DNA of 64,000 nucleotides. Origin: a virus. Its lineage: Duplodnaviria > Caudoviricetes. Numbering within the stretch: position 1 is the first letter of the stretch; every line of letters begins with the position of its first letter. Where the stretch lies: positions 17,890-81,889 of the IMG/VR virus record IMGVR_UViG_2773857985_000001. One strand, 5' to 3'. This document shows positions 38,033-48,797 of this stretch, one piece after another. The translations under genes and the position numbers were made by a program. Below the pieces are notes generated by a model, which worked only from the letters and a program-made list of their open reading frames with translations, was not told the origin of the DNA and did not search any database.

Positions 38033-38060
38033 AGGCCCCGCCCGATATCGGGCGGGGCCT
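38033..38060 (+). terminator. Intrinsic terminator
   Basis: AGGCCCCGCCCGAT/ATCGGGCGGGGCCT followed by TCCTGTTGTT. Confidence 0.75.
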
Positions 38061-38168
38061 TCCTGTTGTTGATCTGTGCTCCCGCCCACATCTCCCCCAA
38101 GCCGCTTGCTGTACCGACCGGTATCCCTCGACTCTGCTGTCCCGGTCTGCCGCTGCTTGGGAGTTGTT

Positions 38169-38489
38169 GTGATCGCTTGCCCGTCCGTCAAGTGTTTGTC
38201 ACCGAATGTTGCGGATCTTCCGCACTACTGGGCGTCCCTGCCCGCCGACTCGCCGCTGAAAGGCCGGTACGCGCCGCCGGAGGTGCCGCAGGCCTCGTAC
38301 TGGCTGCCGTTGGCGGCGGTCGCGGTGGGGGTGCTGCTGCTGGTCGGCGGAAGCCTCGCCGGGCTCCTCGTCGTCGCAGGCGCCGGCGCGTGGGGTGCGC
38401 TCGCGTGGCGGTCGGCGCAGCAGGTCGAGGCGAAGCGGACGGCGTGGGAGTCGTCGCACGTATGCCTGGCCTGCACCGGAACCTTCTGA
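38169..38489 (+). CDS. Membrane protein (2 TM) with Cys pairs at both ends
   Basis: CPSVKC...two TM...CLAC. Confidence 0.65.
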   Translation: MIACPSVKCLSPNVADLPHYWASLPADSPLKGRYAPPEVPQASYWLPLAAVAVGVLLLVGGSLAGLLVVAGAGAWGALAWRSAQQVEAKRTAWESSHVCLACTGTF

Positions 38490-38493
38490 ACAC

Positions 38494-38539
38494 GACGAAG
38501 CCCCCGCCACCTCCTGCACGGAGGGGCGGGGGCTTCGTC
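38494..38539. terminator. Bidirectional terminator between convergent genes
   Basis: GACGAAGCCCCCGCC...GGCGGGGGCTTCGTC. Confidence 0.75.
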
Positions 38540-39238
38540 AGTGGCCGGCCTGGGGCGGCGCGCCGTCGGTGCATATGGCTGCCTGGCGCAGGCGGTTGAT
38601 CTCCGCCCGCAGTAGGTGCGCGCCGAGCGCGTCTCGGGCATCGACGGCCCAGCTACCCGCCTCGTCGACGATCACCGTGCCGCTGGCCGGCTCGCCCTCC
38701 GCAGGCTGGTGGTGCATGGCGTCGCCGCTGACTTCCCAGACGTCGAGGGTGTCGTCGATGCGGGTGAGGATGTCGTCGCCGCGCATCACGCCTCCGTCGC
38801 GGTGTTGAGGCCGTGGAGGGCGGTGCGGAGTCCGGCGGCGAGTCCGTTGTGCGGGCTGATCCGCAGCTCGTCCCGGACGCCGCCGCGCTCCTCGGTGACG
38901 CGGTCGGCGCGCTCCGCCTTGTCGACCTGGTCGGCCAGCCATGCCCGGTACCTGTCGAGGCGGCCGAGTTCGGGCTGGAGTTCGGCGAGGACCGCGCGGG
39001 CTACGGCACGCCGGGCGGACAGCGGCAGCCACTCCCCCGCCTCCCGCAGCGCAGGCTGGACCGCGTTGAAGGCGCGCGCCTCGAGCTGCGTCCACGGCGG
39101 GGCGGGCGGCGGCTCGGGCTGTCCGTGGCCGGGGCAGTGGACGGGGTTCATGCCGGGCTGCGGTTCCCAGTCGTGCGGCGGATGCGGCTGGCGGAGGGTG
39201 GCGGTGGAGCAGGGCAGGCTGGTCGGGAGGTCGGTCAT
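38538..39238 (-). other. Two hypothetical ORFs (38538-38786, 38786-39238)
   Basis: Coupled starts and stops. Confidence 0.55.
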
Positions 39239-39477
39239 GCTGCGGCTTCTCTCTGCTGGTCGGGGATGTGGATTTGGTGGATGCCGATTTCGCCGACGGC
39301 CAGGGCGATGGCGACGGCTTGGGCTCGGTCGGTGGCGCCGAGCCGGCGGTAGGCGGCTGACAGGATTTCGGCGACGGAGTGGACGGTGACGCCGCGCCAG
39401 GCGGCGATGGTGCTGTTGGGGTTGCCGTTCGCGGCGAGGGTGAGGACTTCCCGCTGCCGGGCGGTCAGCTGCCTCAC
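39235..39477 (-). CDS. LuxR-family HTH regulator
   Basis: LTARQREVLTLAANG.....IA....T..SV......YRRLGATDRAQAVAIA. Confidence 0.88.
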   Translation of the reverse strand: MRQLTARQREVLTLAANGNPNSTIAAWRGVTVHSVAEILSAAYRRLGATDRAQAVAIALAVGEIGIHQIHIPDQQREAAA

Positions 39478-39662
39478 GGCACTCTCCGCGGCCGGTGCTG
39501 GGTGTGGACTTTGCCGCGGGTGTCCAACATTCCGTCGGCGTGGGCGAGGAGGAGTAGGGCGCGGCGGAGGACGTCGCGGGGCCGGTCTCCGCGGCGGCCG
39601 TAGGCGGCGAGGATCGCAGCCGAGGTGTCGTCGGGCTGCCAGTGCAGCGGTCGGCGGGGCAT
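39474..39662 (-). CDS. Small hypothetical protein
   Basis: DVLRRALLLLAHADGMLD; coupled to the LuxR gene. Confidence 0.55.
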   Translation of the reverse strand: MPRRPLHWQPDDTSAAILAAYGRRGDRPRDVLRRALLLLAHADGMLDTRGKVHTQHRPRRVP

Positions 39663-39725
39663 GGTGGCCTCCAGATCGGGGTGCGGGTGGGGGCGTGCTG
39701 GTTCGGCACGCCCCTTCGCCGTCGG

Positions 39726-40325
39726 TCAGTCGAGAGCGATGATGTGGTCGCCCTCGACGCAGTGCGAGGCGATGCATCGGCCGGCCTTCGCGCGGGGTAG
39801 CGCGTCCAGGTGCTGCGCGCGGATCAGGTTGTGGCGGGCGTCGGCGAGGGCGTTGTGGGCGCCGTCCGGCTGCTCGGGCAGCGCCGGATCGCCGAGCCGT
39901 GCGGCTTCCTGCTTCAGGTCGTTGGTCCACATCGGGACGCCGTCGGGCAGGTCGATCATCCGGCCGAAGAGCTGCGCCAGGGCGACGTGGTCGTAGGCCC
40001 CGTACCAGGCCCACAGCTGGACGTCCGGGCCTGCGGCGCGCACGAAGTCGGTGACGAGACGGGCGATCTGCGCGCGGGGGCGGACGTCGGGGTGGTCGAG
40101 GTCGAGGCGGTCCGTGCCGCGGACGCCGGGCGGGTTCTTCCGGATCGGGAGGGACGGCCAGACGTTGTCGCGGAGCCACGGGTGCTGGCGGACGGCGGAC
40201 TGGTCGAACTCGGAGCTGACGGCGTACAGTTCGGCGCCGTCTTCGCGGACCATGCCGATGCTGATGAGGTCGATGGTGGTGCCGTTCTCGTGGAACTCGG
40301 TGTCGTAGTAGATCCGCATGGTCAC
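39726..40325 (-). CDS. DEDDh 3'-5' exoribonuclease (Rv2179c/RNase AS-like)
   Basis: YYDTEF, LISIG, WAWYGAYDHV, HNALADA. Confidence 0.9.
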   Translation of the reverse strand: MTMRIYYDTEFHENGTTIDLISIGMVREDGAELYAVSSEFDQSAVRQHPWLRDNVWPSLPIRKNPPGVRGTDRLDLDHPDVRPRAQIARLVTDFVRAAGPDVQLWAWYGAYDHVALAQLFGRMIDLPDGVPMWTNDLKQEAARLGDPALPEQPDGAHNALADARHNLIRAQHLDALPRAKAGRCIASHCVEGDHIIALD

Positions 40326-42827
40326 TTCTCCGTGGTCTGTTCGGCGGGCGGGAGGGTGTCGTTGAGGGCGAGGTCCAGGCCTTCCCAGGTCGGGCCTTGG
40401 GATGCGGGTGCTTCGGTGCGGGCGCGTTCTCGGAGGCCGCGTACCCGGGCGATCGCGGTCTCGGCGCGGTCGGCGCGCTGCCGCTGCTGCTCGTACTCAT
40501 CGGGAGTGGGGGCGCAGTCGCCGCGCCCGCATGCCGGGCAGTAGCCAGGCGCCTCGGCCGCTGCCGGGGCGGGTCCGGCGGCGGTCCTGATGCGGGCCGC
40601 GAGTTCGGTGTGGTTGGCGGTCCAGGGGGCGCCTGCGTGGATGACGGCGGCGAGGTGGTGGACGCGGACGAGCGCGGCCTCGGCGCGTTCCAGGTCGGGC
40701 ACGATCGCCTGTACGTGCCGCTTGTTGCCCGCGGCCACGTGCTCCAGCGTCTTGATCCGGCGGTGCGCAGCGTCGAGTTGGTCGTAGAGGGCGTCCAACT
40801 GGTCGCTGGTGAGGTCGTCGAGGGGGATGCGGTCGGTCATGCTGCGCTCCGGTGGTCGGGGTCGGTGTTGAGGAGGGCCGTGTCGCTGGCGGCGGCGTCG
40901 TGGAGGCGTTCATGGAGATCGGCTCGCCGGTCACCCGCGTCCTGGGCCGACGCGGCGCCCCATAGGAGGAAGGCGGCGCCGACGAGACCGGGCACGGCGT
41001 ACCACGGGTGCCAGGTGGCGGCGATGGCGGCGCTGAGGGTGGAGATGCCGGCGGCGAGGTGGCAGGCGGCAGCCGTCCGCCGAGCCGGGGTCACGGGGTG
41101 CCGTTGATCTGGCGGGCCACGGCGAGGGCGGCGTCCGGGATGGCGATGCGCCCTTCGTCGAGCGCGGCGGCCTGCCACTCCAGCCAGTCGGCGAGGGCGA
41201 GGCCGACGGCGGGGTCCATGGTCGCGGCGTAGTCGCCGACGGGCGCTGACACGTAGGCGGGCGGGCGTCGGCCACCTCGGAGGAGGGGCTTCACGCCGAC
41301 GGCCCAGAGGGTGGTGAATGTGGAGTCGGGCTGGTCGGGGAAGTGGCGGCTGGCCTTCCAGGCGGTGTTGCCGCTGTCGTCGGCGGCTGCGGTGGCGAGT
41401 TGGCGGATCTTGTCGGCGGCGGCGCGGAGTTCGTCGGCGGGGGTCATGGGGTGCCTTCCGGGTGGGGCCCCGGCCGGTCGGGCCGGGGCGGTGGGTTCAG
41501 GCGGCGTGGTCGTAGCCGGGTGGGCGGCGTGCGTAGCGGCGTGCTGTGTGGCCTCTCAGGGCCCAGGAGGGGCGCGGACGACGCCCGGGACGCACGAGCC
41601 GCCGGGAGGCCGCCCAGAGGCCGCACAGGGCCGCGTGGACGGTGAGCAGCACGACGGCCAGGAGCAGGGCGACGGCGACCGCGCCGACGAGCAGCCACAC
41701 GCCTGCCGCGGCGAGCAGCGTCCACAGCGCGTCCAGCGCCTCGGCGACGATCACGACGCCCCGCCCCGCCGCGCCCCGGCGGCGGTGGCGCGCTTGCAGC
41801 CCCGGCAGTCCACCGGCATGTGGCTCATCGGAGTACCGCCGCGCCCCACGCGCTCCCCGCAGGCAGTCCAGAACCGCTGCTTGTCGTTGACGACGAAGCG
41901 CGCGGTGGCGTGCACCCGGCGGTCGCCGGGGCGCTTGTGGCGTCCGGGCCATTCCGTGGTGGTCGCCCACTCCGGAGGCGCGACGGGCGGAGCGGACAGT
42001 GCCTTCGCCATGCGTCGGCACTTGGCGAGCTTCTCCTCCTCGGTCTCCGGCCGCGCCCACTCCGGCGTCTCGGTGGCTGCCGTCTCGTCGGCCATGCGGC
42101 GCAGCGCGGCGCGAACGTCGGTGCCGGTGCGGAACGTGCCGTTGGCAACCGGGTACATGGCGACGGTGTCGGACCAGTGGAAGCCATGTTCGTCGGTGTG
42201 CGCGGTGCGCTCGTGCTGCGCGGCCCGGATGCACAGGCGAGCCGCGTCCTCGCCGGGGCCGTGGTACTGCGCGGAGCACGTCGCGGCGGGCGCCGTGTCG
42301 GTGTCGTGGCCGGTGGCCGCGGGCAGCACGGCCGCGAGGCGCAGCAGGCTGCACGACTCACCCCGCTCGATCCGGTCGGCGTCCGTCTCCAGCGTCGCCG
42401 CCGCGTCGTCGGCCCATTCGCCGCTGTAGGTGCCGCGGACGAACGAGGCGCAGGCGCGGACGAGCGCGGCCGGGTCGACGGGCGCGGTGCTCGTGCGGGA
42501 CGCGTCGTAGGCGGCCAGCAGCTCCTCCGGCGACCCGTAGCCGAGCGGCGGGACACGGGTGCCGTCGATCGCCGCCAGCAGCTGCTCGCGCACGGCGGTC
42601 GGGTCGGTAGGCGGGGCCGGGACGGCAGCGGGGCACTGGTCAGCCGGGTGCGACTGCCGCATCGTCTTCGCCGCCGACCAGTGATGCTGATCGCACGCCT
42701 CCGTCACTCCGTCCTCGACGACGAGCCCGCACGGGGCCTTCGGGCAGGGGCAGGCGGCTTCGATGTCGGCGGACATGCCGCGGAACGACCGGCCGATGTG
42801 CTGGCCGGTGGTGGTGGGTTCGGTCAT
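40322..42827 (-). other. Hypothetical ORFs 40322-40840, 40837-41094 (TM), 41091-41447, 41497-41754 (TM), 41751-42827
   Basis: ATGA/GTGA-coupled ORFs. Confidence 0.6.
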
Positions 42828-42903
42828 CGGGTTCCTCCTGGTGGGTGGGTAGGGTTCGGGCACCGGCCGCCCGCGCACTTCGACTGCGCAGGCGGCCGGC
42901 TTG

Positions 42904-43347
42904 CTACTCGGTCGGGTTGGCCAGCTCCAGCAGCACCGCGGCGTGGCAGTGGTCGGGCTGGCCGTCGGCGGGGAGCGGGCACCAGCACATGAGGTCCCGG
43001 CCCGCCAGTTCGGTACGCGCGGCCTCGGCGAGGCTCGGCTTCAGGACGAGCCAGTCACGGAACATCGCCACGGCCTGCTCGCGGGTGGCGTCCTGCACGA
43101 GGTGCGAGGTGGTGGTGCCGTCGGGGTGCCGGAAGCCGTGCCACTGGCCGGACGTCTTGCCGAGGCGTCCCTCTCGCTCCCACTCCGAGCCGTCCAGGGC
43201 GGGCATGCGGATCTGGGTGCAGGGGTTGCCCCAGCGGGTGCCGCGGCCGACGTAGACGGCGCCGTCGGGCTTGCGCCAGCCCTTCGTGCGGCGGCGCTGG
43301 ACCCGCCGGGGCCCGGCCTGCTGCTGGTCGGTGGGGTGGTCGGTCAT
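42904..43347 (-). CDS. DUF4326 protein
   Basis: [25 protein letters not shown]...[10 protein letters not shown]...CHAAVL. Confidence 0.88.
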   Translation of the reverse strand: MTDHPTDQQQAGPRRVQRRRTKGWRKPDGAVYVGRGTRWGNPCTQIRMPALDGSEWEREGRLGKTSGQWHGFRHPDGTTTSHLVQDATREQAVAMFRDWLVLKPSLAEAARTELAGRDLMCWCPLPADGQPDHCHAAVLLELANPTE

Positions 43348-43403
43348 GGTCGCTCCTGGTGGTGTGGGTGTCGGATTATGTGCGGTTTCGACGCCACCGG
43401 TCC

Positions 43404-44390
43404 TCAAGCGGAACCGGCAGGCAGCATCGGGTCGTCACGCCGCGTGTAGGGCTGCGGGACGGGGCCCGGCGAGTGAAACCAGGTGACGGGGACCGCGTCG
43501 GGCGTGGTCTCGGCGGCGGCCGTGACCGTCCATCCGCCGTCCGGACGCCGGGTGAACAGGGCGTGGCCGCAGTCGAGCCAGTAGTAGGCGTTCCGCAGAT
43601 CCGCAGTGGTGTCATCGAGCAGGTTGGGCTGCCCGCAGACGCGCCGGTAGTACTGGTCGAGCGCCTCAAGGGCCTGCCGCTTGTCGCCGGTGAGGGCGAT
43701 CGCAGCACCGGTCTCACCGAGGGAGGCGACGAGGACGCCGTCGAAGCAGTCCTCCATGTCGTTCGGGCCGGGGGTGAAGACGCGGCCCGGGGTGAGGGCG
43801 TCGTGGGTGGTGTTGGTCATCGGGGTCTCCTGGGCGGGTAGGGTCCGGCGGAGACCCGGGCGCGGTTCGAGCGCGCCCGGGTCGCCGCGTTCACGGGATG
43901 GGGTGGGTCGCCGCGAGGCAGGCCGCGACGATCACGACGGTGGGCGTCGAGCCGGGGAACTCGATGACCGCGCCGTTCGGGCAGTCCGGGCCGGAGTCGT
44001 CGGACTCGTTGGTCACGGCCCAAACGGCGCCGGACGGGTGCCGCAGGATGCTCAGCGGCATGTCCTCGTCGGCGATCCATCCGGCCGCCTCCAGTGCCTC
44101 CAGGACGTCGAGGCGGCCGTACCAATCCCCGGACGCGGGCGGGGTGATGATCAGGTGCAGGTCGGTCATTGCTTCTCCTTCGGGTTGGCTGGTCACAGCG
44201 ACCAGAGGCTGGGCTGGTGGTCGGTGAGGTCGAGTTCGGTCTGTCCGGGTACGTGGTGGTCGGGTGGTGGCGCGGCCCGCACGGTGGCCGACGGGCGGGC
44301 GGTAGGGGCGAGTCGGCGGGCGCAGACGGGGCCGAGGCCGGTGGGTGACGGGCGGCGTAGGCGCCGGCCGCACGCCGCGCAGCGGGACAT
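43404..44390 (-). other. Hypothetical ORFs 43404-43820, 43891-44169 and Zn-ribbon DUF6011-like 44193-44390
   Basis: RCAACGRRL....GLGPVC in the last ORF; RBSs present. Confidence 0.6.
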
Positions 44391-46099
44391 CAGGCCGCCT
44401 CGGCGAGATCCGCGACGTCTTCGTGCCGGGTGAGTTCCTCCCCGGTGATCGCTTCGACGAGGGCGCAGACGAGGACTTCGGCGGCGTTCGGGGTAACGGC
44501 ATTGCCGTATTGACGCACTTTCTCCCGCTTGTTGCCAAGAACGACGTAACTGTCCGCGAAGGACATCGCGCGGCCGATCTCGTGCGGCTCGAGCATCCGG
44601 AACAGCACGTCGTCGATGTCGACCTCACCCCGGACGAGGGCGTACCGGTCGCGGGTCGTCAGCGCGCCGATCGGCTCGTTCACGGACCGCGGGGCGCCGT
44701 TGCCGTAGTACGGGACGAGCATGTGCTCCCAGGTGAGGAGCGACTGGTGCCCGGCCGTCGTCATCGTCCGGAACGGCTCATCGACGGGCGTGCACATCTG
44801 CGCGGCGTTCCCGCGCGGGGTGTTGTTCCGCATGACCATCGCAGGCATGGCCGGAGCGACGAGACCATGGTGGTTCCCGGACGCCGTGACCGTGGCGAGG
44901 GACTCGCCGACGGACCGGGCCACGCTGCCGCCACCGCGGAGCTCGGCGATGAACGGCAGCCACGCCAGCCCCGTCTCATTCCGGGTCGTCATGGCCCGCA
45001 GCGGGGCGTGCGCCGACGCGGCGCTCTTCCCGTCCCGGCCCTCCACGGGGACCATCAGCGGCGGCACCATCAGCGCGTCGTTCTCGCGGGTGGTCCGCGC
45101 GGCCATCGGCTCCCCGACGGACACGGCCGCGTCCCGCCAGGTACCGCCGGCCGGGACCATCATCGGCACCGGGCGGGCGAACTTCTTCAACCCGGCCTCG
45201 ATCCGCTTCAGGGTCTTGTCCGCGAGCGGCTTGGCCCGGTCCCCGATCCGCTGCCCAGGGATGGACCAGTCGATCGCCGCAGCGGCCGGCAGGGCCTCCG
45301 GCTCCACGACCTGGTTGCGGCAGGAGGTGTTCGGGCACCGGTAGACGTACTGCTGCCGGTAGCGGCCCATGTCCCGCTTCGGGTCCTTGAACACCTGCAT
45401 CGCCTGCACGAACGCGTCGCATCCCGAGCACCAGGCTCGCGGGCGCAACCACTTGTCCCAGTCCGGCGTCCGGCCCAGGCTCTCGTGCCAGTAGCCGACG
45501 TACAGGCGGTCACGGGACTGCGGCGCCGCGTGCACCGACCTGGGGTTCGCGTGCATCGAGTTGAGAGCGATGATCCGGGAGCGGTAGCCGAGCTTGTGGA
45601 TCTCGCCGATCCACCGGTCCCACTGATCCCAGGCACGCACGTCGGTGACGTTCTCGACGATGCCCGCCTTCACCAGCCCGCCGCGCTCCTGCACGCCCCG
45701 CAGGTACAGCGGGACCTCCTCCATCAGCGCGCGGGACTCCTCCTCGGCGGACGGCTCGTCGTCGTCCTCGGCGAGCGCGAGCAGGTCCAGGAGGCTGCCC
45801 TGCATGGCGCCGGCGAAGTCCCGCTTCTTCCCCTTCGCCACCGACCAGTTCGTGCACTCGGGCGACGCCCAGAAGATGTCGGTGACGGGCCAGTCCCACA
45901 CCGGGGCCTTCCGGATGTCGCCCTGGTAGTGCGACGTGGTCGGGAAGTTCTCGGCGTGCGACTCGATCGCGAGCTTCCAGTGGTTCGCGGCGCGCTCCAC
46001 CCGGACACCGGGGACGGCGTGGACGCCCTGGCTGCTGCCTCCGGCTCCGCAGAACCAGTCCATGACGGTGAGTGCGTCGTTGTCGTGCTGAGACATCAT
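44390..46099 (-). CDS. DNA (cytosine-5) methyltransferase
   Basis: DWFCGAGG (motif I), ASPECT (IV), ENV (VI), QSRDRLY (VIII), QYGNAV (X). Confidence 0.93.
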   Translation of the reverse strand: MMSQHDNDALTVMDWFCGAGGSSQGVHAVPGVRVERAANHWKLAIESHAENFPTTSHYQGDIRKAPVWDWPVTDIFWASPECTNWSVAKGKKRDFAGAMQGSLLDLLALAEDDDEPSAEEESRALMEEVPLYLRGVQERGGLVKAGIVENVTDVRAWDQWDRWIGEIHKLGYRSRIIALNSMHANPRSVHAAPQSRDRLYVGYWHESLGRTPDWDKWLRPRAWCSGCDAFVQAMQVFKDPKRDMGRYRQQYVYRCPNTSCRNQVVEPEALPAAAAIDWSIPGQRIGDRAKPLADKTLKRIEAGLKKFARPVPMMVPAGGTWRDAAVSVGEPMAARTTRENDALMVPPLMVPVEGRDGKSAASAHAPLRAMTTRNETGLAWLPFIAELRGGGSVARSVGESLATVTASGNHHGLVAPAMPAMVMRNNTPRGNAAQMCTPVDEPFRTMTTAGHQSLLTWEHMLVPYYGNGAPRSVNEPIGALTTRDRYALVRGEVDIDDVLFRMLEPHEIGRAMSFADSYVVLGNKREKVRQYGNAVTPNAAEVLVCALVEAITGEELTRHEDVADLAEAA

Positions 46100-47187
46100 G
46101 CGGCGTCCTTCCGGTAAGTGGTGGTGCTGGTGTTGCCGTCGATGACTCGGAGCAGGGGCCGATGGGGTCCGCGGGTTTCGAAGCCGACGAGGGCGGCTTC
46201 GAGTTCGGCGCGGTGTGCGGCCTGCTCCTCCGGGGTCCAGGAGGGCCGCGAAGGGGCCTCTCGCGGCCTTTCGGGGCGCGAGCGCCCGAACGTGCCCGTA
46301 GGGACGGCTTCGGCCATCAGGCGCTCGTAGGGGGTCATGCGGCGGTCGCCTCGGCTTCCTGGTAGCGGCGGGCGTGGACGGTGCGGCGGGCGCGGCCGTC
46401 CTCGTGACACGGGGTGGCCAGCCCGACCTGGCACTGCGGGCAGCAGGCCGTGGCCTGAGCCCAGTCCGACACCCGCTGCGGGTGCGGCTGACTGAGGACC
46501 GTGTTCCGGGTACGGACCCGGCACGGCCGATGCGCGGCGGCCCCACAGTGCGGGCACGGCACGGACCGGGCCGGGTGCTGCTTCGCACGGAGGACGTGGC
46601 GCAGGGACTCCGGCATCTGGGCGGCAGGCTGGCGAGTGGTCATCGACGGCCCCCGTTCACGGCACGGGCGATCAGCAGGGCGTGGTTGCCGTCACACCAG
46701 GTGCAGGTGTCGCCGCCGCGGTCCTCGGAGCCGAGCATGGCCTGGCAGCCCAGCCAGTCGGCCACCTGCTCCATGACCTCGGGGTCCTGCGGCGCGTCGG
46801 GCTGGGTACGCAGCCGCTGGGCCGCGTTGCTGAACTCGATCTCGGGCTTCACTGGTTCTCCTCTGGCGGGCAGTTGCCGCAGTCGCACGGCTGGTCGGGG
46901 AAGTGCTCGGTGTTGCGGTAGTGGCGGACGGCCGCATCCCAGGCGGCCTTCGGGTAGCTCCACTCCGGTGGTGGACCCGGCGGCGAACTTCCCGTTGGCC
47001 AGGCGCCCGGACGGTGACCTGGCGGGCTCGGGGCCGCCGCCGGCTTGGCGGGCTCGGTGCGGCGTGCGCGGCCGATGTCGATCTGCGCCCGCATCAGCGC
47101 CCGAAGCTCAGCCCGGCCGCCGGCACGGACCGCCCGCATGTCCTCAACCTGGATGCCGTCGTCGTCCGGGATCTGCGCGTCACTCAC
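46096..47187 (-). other. Small ORFs 46096-46338, 46335-46643 (double Zn finger), 46640-46852, 46849-47187
   Basis: CPHCGA..C...H..R repeats; coupled genes. Confidence 0.6.
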
Positions 47188-47801
47188 GACGCCTCCTCGA
47201 CGCCGGGACCTTCGTCCGTCTGGCTGCCGAGGATGCGGGCCGAGGCCGCCTTGCGGCGTTCAATCTCGGCCTGCTCGTCACGGCCAGACCGTGCCGAGTG
47301 GGGAGCGCGTTCCCGACCGCTGTCCATCCGGCAGGGCCTGCCTATCGGTGCTCCGCACGCGGGGCACTCGATGCCCAGCGGGCCCGGACGTCTTACGACG
47401 GCCACCTCGTCCGGGATCTCCCGGCCGACGCCGGCCAGGAGCTCAGCGACAGGACGGCGCTTCATCACCTGACCGTCCGCTGCACGAGTGCGCTGACCAC
47501 GGAGGGCCGCCAGGTAGGCCTGGACGTCGTCCGGGTCGGCGTCCGGCACCTCGGCGGGCAGGCCAGGCCCCTGAATGTCGGAGGCGCGGTCGTCCCGGGT
47601 GCGTCGGATCTCCGCAATGATCTCGGCGGGGCTGACGAACGGCTGCTTGCGGGCTACGGCGGCGGCGGCGGCACGGGCATCGGCGAGGGCGAAGTCGGCG
47701 AGGACGTCGTGCCAGGCATCCGGGGTGTACTCGTCGAACTTCTGCTGGGGGCAGAGGGCTCGCACGTAGCGGGCGAGCACTACAGCTTCGTCGGGGGTCA
47801 C
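47184..47801 (-). CDS. Replication accessory protein (helicase-loader-inhibitor-like N-terminus plus Zn finger)
   Basis: MTPDEAV.L...CPQQKFDEYTPDAWHDVL...FVSPAEI; CPAC..C..H; follows the initiator. Confidence 0.6.
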   Translation of the reverse strand: MTPDEAVVLARYVRALCPQQKFDEYTPDAWHDVLADFALADARAAAAAVARKQPFVSPAEIIAEIRRTRDDRASDIQGPGLPAEVPDADPDDVQAYLAALRGQRTRAADGQVMKRRPVAELLAGVGREIPDEVAVVRRPGPLGIECPACGAPIGRPCRMDSGRERAPHSARSGRDEQAEIERRKAASARILGSQTDEGPGVEEAS

Positions 47802-48766
47802 TGATCCTCCTGCATGCGGGACTTGGCGCGCTGCATGGCGCGGTCGAAGAGGTCGTTGGTTTCCTGCTGCTGACGGGGGACGGGGCCGCTCTGCCCGACT
47901 GCGGTGGGCAAGTACGCGATTCCGTTCTGCTCCTCGGGGGCCTCGAGGGTTCGCCAGCCCTGCACCCAGGCGGAGGCCCCGGCCGGTACGCCTTTGAGGC
48001 GGGCGGAGTTAACGGCGAAGGCGACCATCGCGGCGACGCCGACGCGGTTGATGGCTTGCCGCGTGTACTCCCAGCCGGACTCTCGGAGGTCCCAGCCGAC
48101 GCCTGCGAGGCCCGCGTTGGCGATGCCCCGCTTCAGTTCGGCGAGGGGGTCGGGGAGGCCGTCCGCTCGCGGCTCGCTAGCAGCACCAGTACTTCCGTAG
48201 GAAGTACTGGGGTATGGAGTGGCAGCGGCATGGATACCCGTGACGGAAGCGTCACGCCGTGACAACCCGCTCTGACCTGCACTGCTGTCGGAACTTTGAG
48301 ATTTTTCCGAAGCACTTTCACTTTTTTTGGAGGACGAATCGAAGGTAAAGTCCTTCGATTCGTCGGCGTTTCCATCGCCTTTTCGGTCGCTGGGACGCCC
48401 CCCGCGGGCGCCCTCGCGGTGCTTCGACTGGCGGTCGCGGGCCTTCTTCCGCTCGGCCTCGGCGCGGGCGCGGGAGGTGTTGCGGCCGTCGTCGAGGAAG
48501 TTGTGGAAGACATAGTCGCCGGGCGCCGGGGCGGGGCATCCGTCGGGGCAGTTGTGGCCGTGCTCGTGCCACAGGCCGGCCTTGACGAGCTTGGCCGCCT
48601 GCGGCTTGGTGCCGTACAGCTCGGCGACGACGCCAGGCACGATGCCGTCGGTCAGGTGCTGTGCGGCGTAGGAGCCGCAGCGCAGCCACAGACCGAGCGC
48701 AGCGTTCCCAGCCTTGATCAGCTTCGGGTGGGAGTGCGCCTTGTCGTCGATCCTGAACCAGGGCAT
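47798..48766 (-). CDS. Replication initiator (lambda O-like)
   Basis: MPWFRIDD..HSHPK...A.GLW...GSY....TDG; central low-complexity linker with repeats. Confidence 0.8.
   Translation of the reverse strand: MPWFRIDDKAHSHPKLIKAGNAALGLWLRCGSYAAQHLTDGIVPGVVAELYGTKPQAAKLVKAGLWHEHGHNCPDGCPAPAPGDYVFHNFLDDGRNTSRARAEAERKKARDRQSKHREGARGGRPSDRKGDGNADESKDFTFDSSSKKSESASEKSQSSDSSAGQSGLSRRDASVTGIHAAATPYPSTSYGSTGAASEPRADGLPDPLAELKRGIANAGLAGVGWDLRESGWEYTRQAINRVGVAAMVAFAVNSARLKGVPAGASAWVQGWRTLEAPEEQNGIAYLPTAVGQSGPVPRQQQETNDLFDRAMQRAKSRMQEDQ
48186..48365. other. Putative replication origin inside the initiator gene
   Basis: CGTGAC/GTCACG repeats at 48239-48263, AT-rich tract at 48290-48330, two inverted repeats. 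Confidence 0.55.
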
Positions 48767-48797
48767 CAGTTCTCCCTGGAGGTTTCGGTGTGGTCCA

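Noticed and set aside
45850-45875. C5 MTase motif IV reads SPEC rather than PC
   Set aside because: Common variant in phage C5 methyltransferases; the catalytic Cys is retained.
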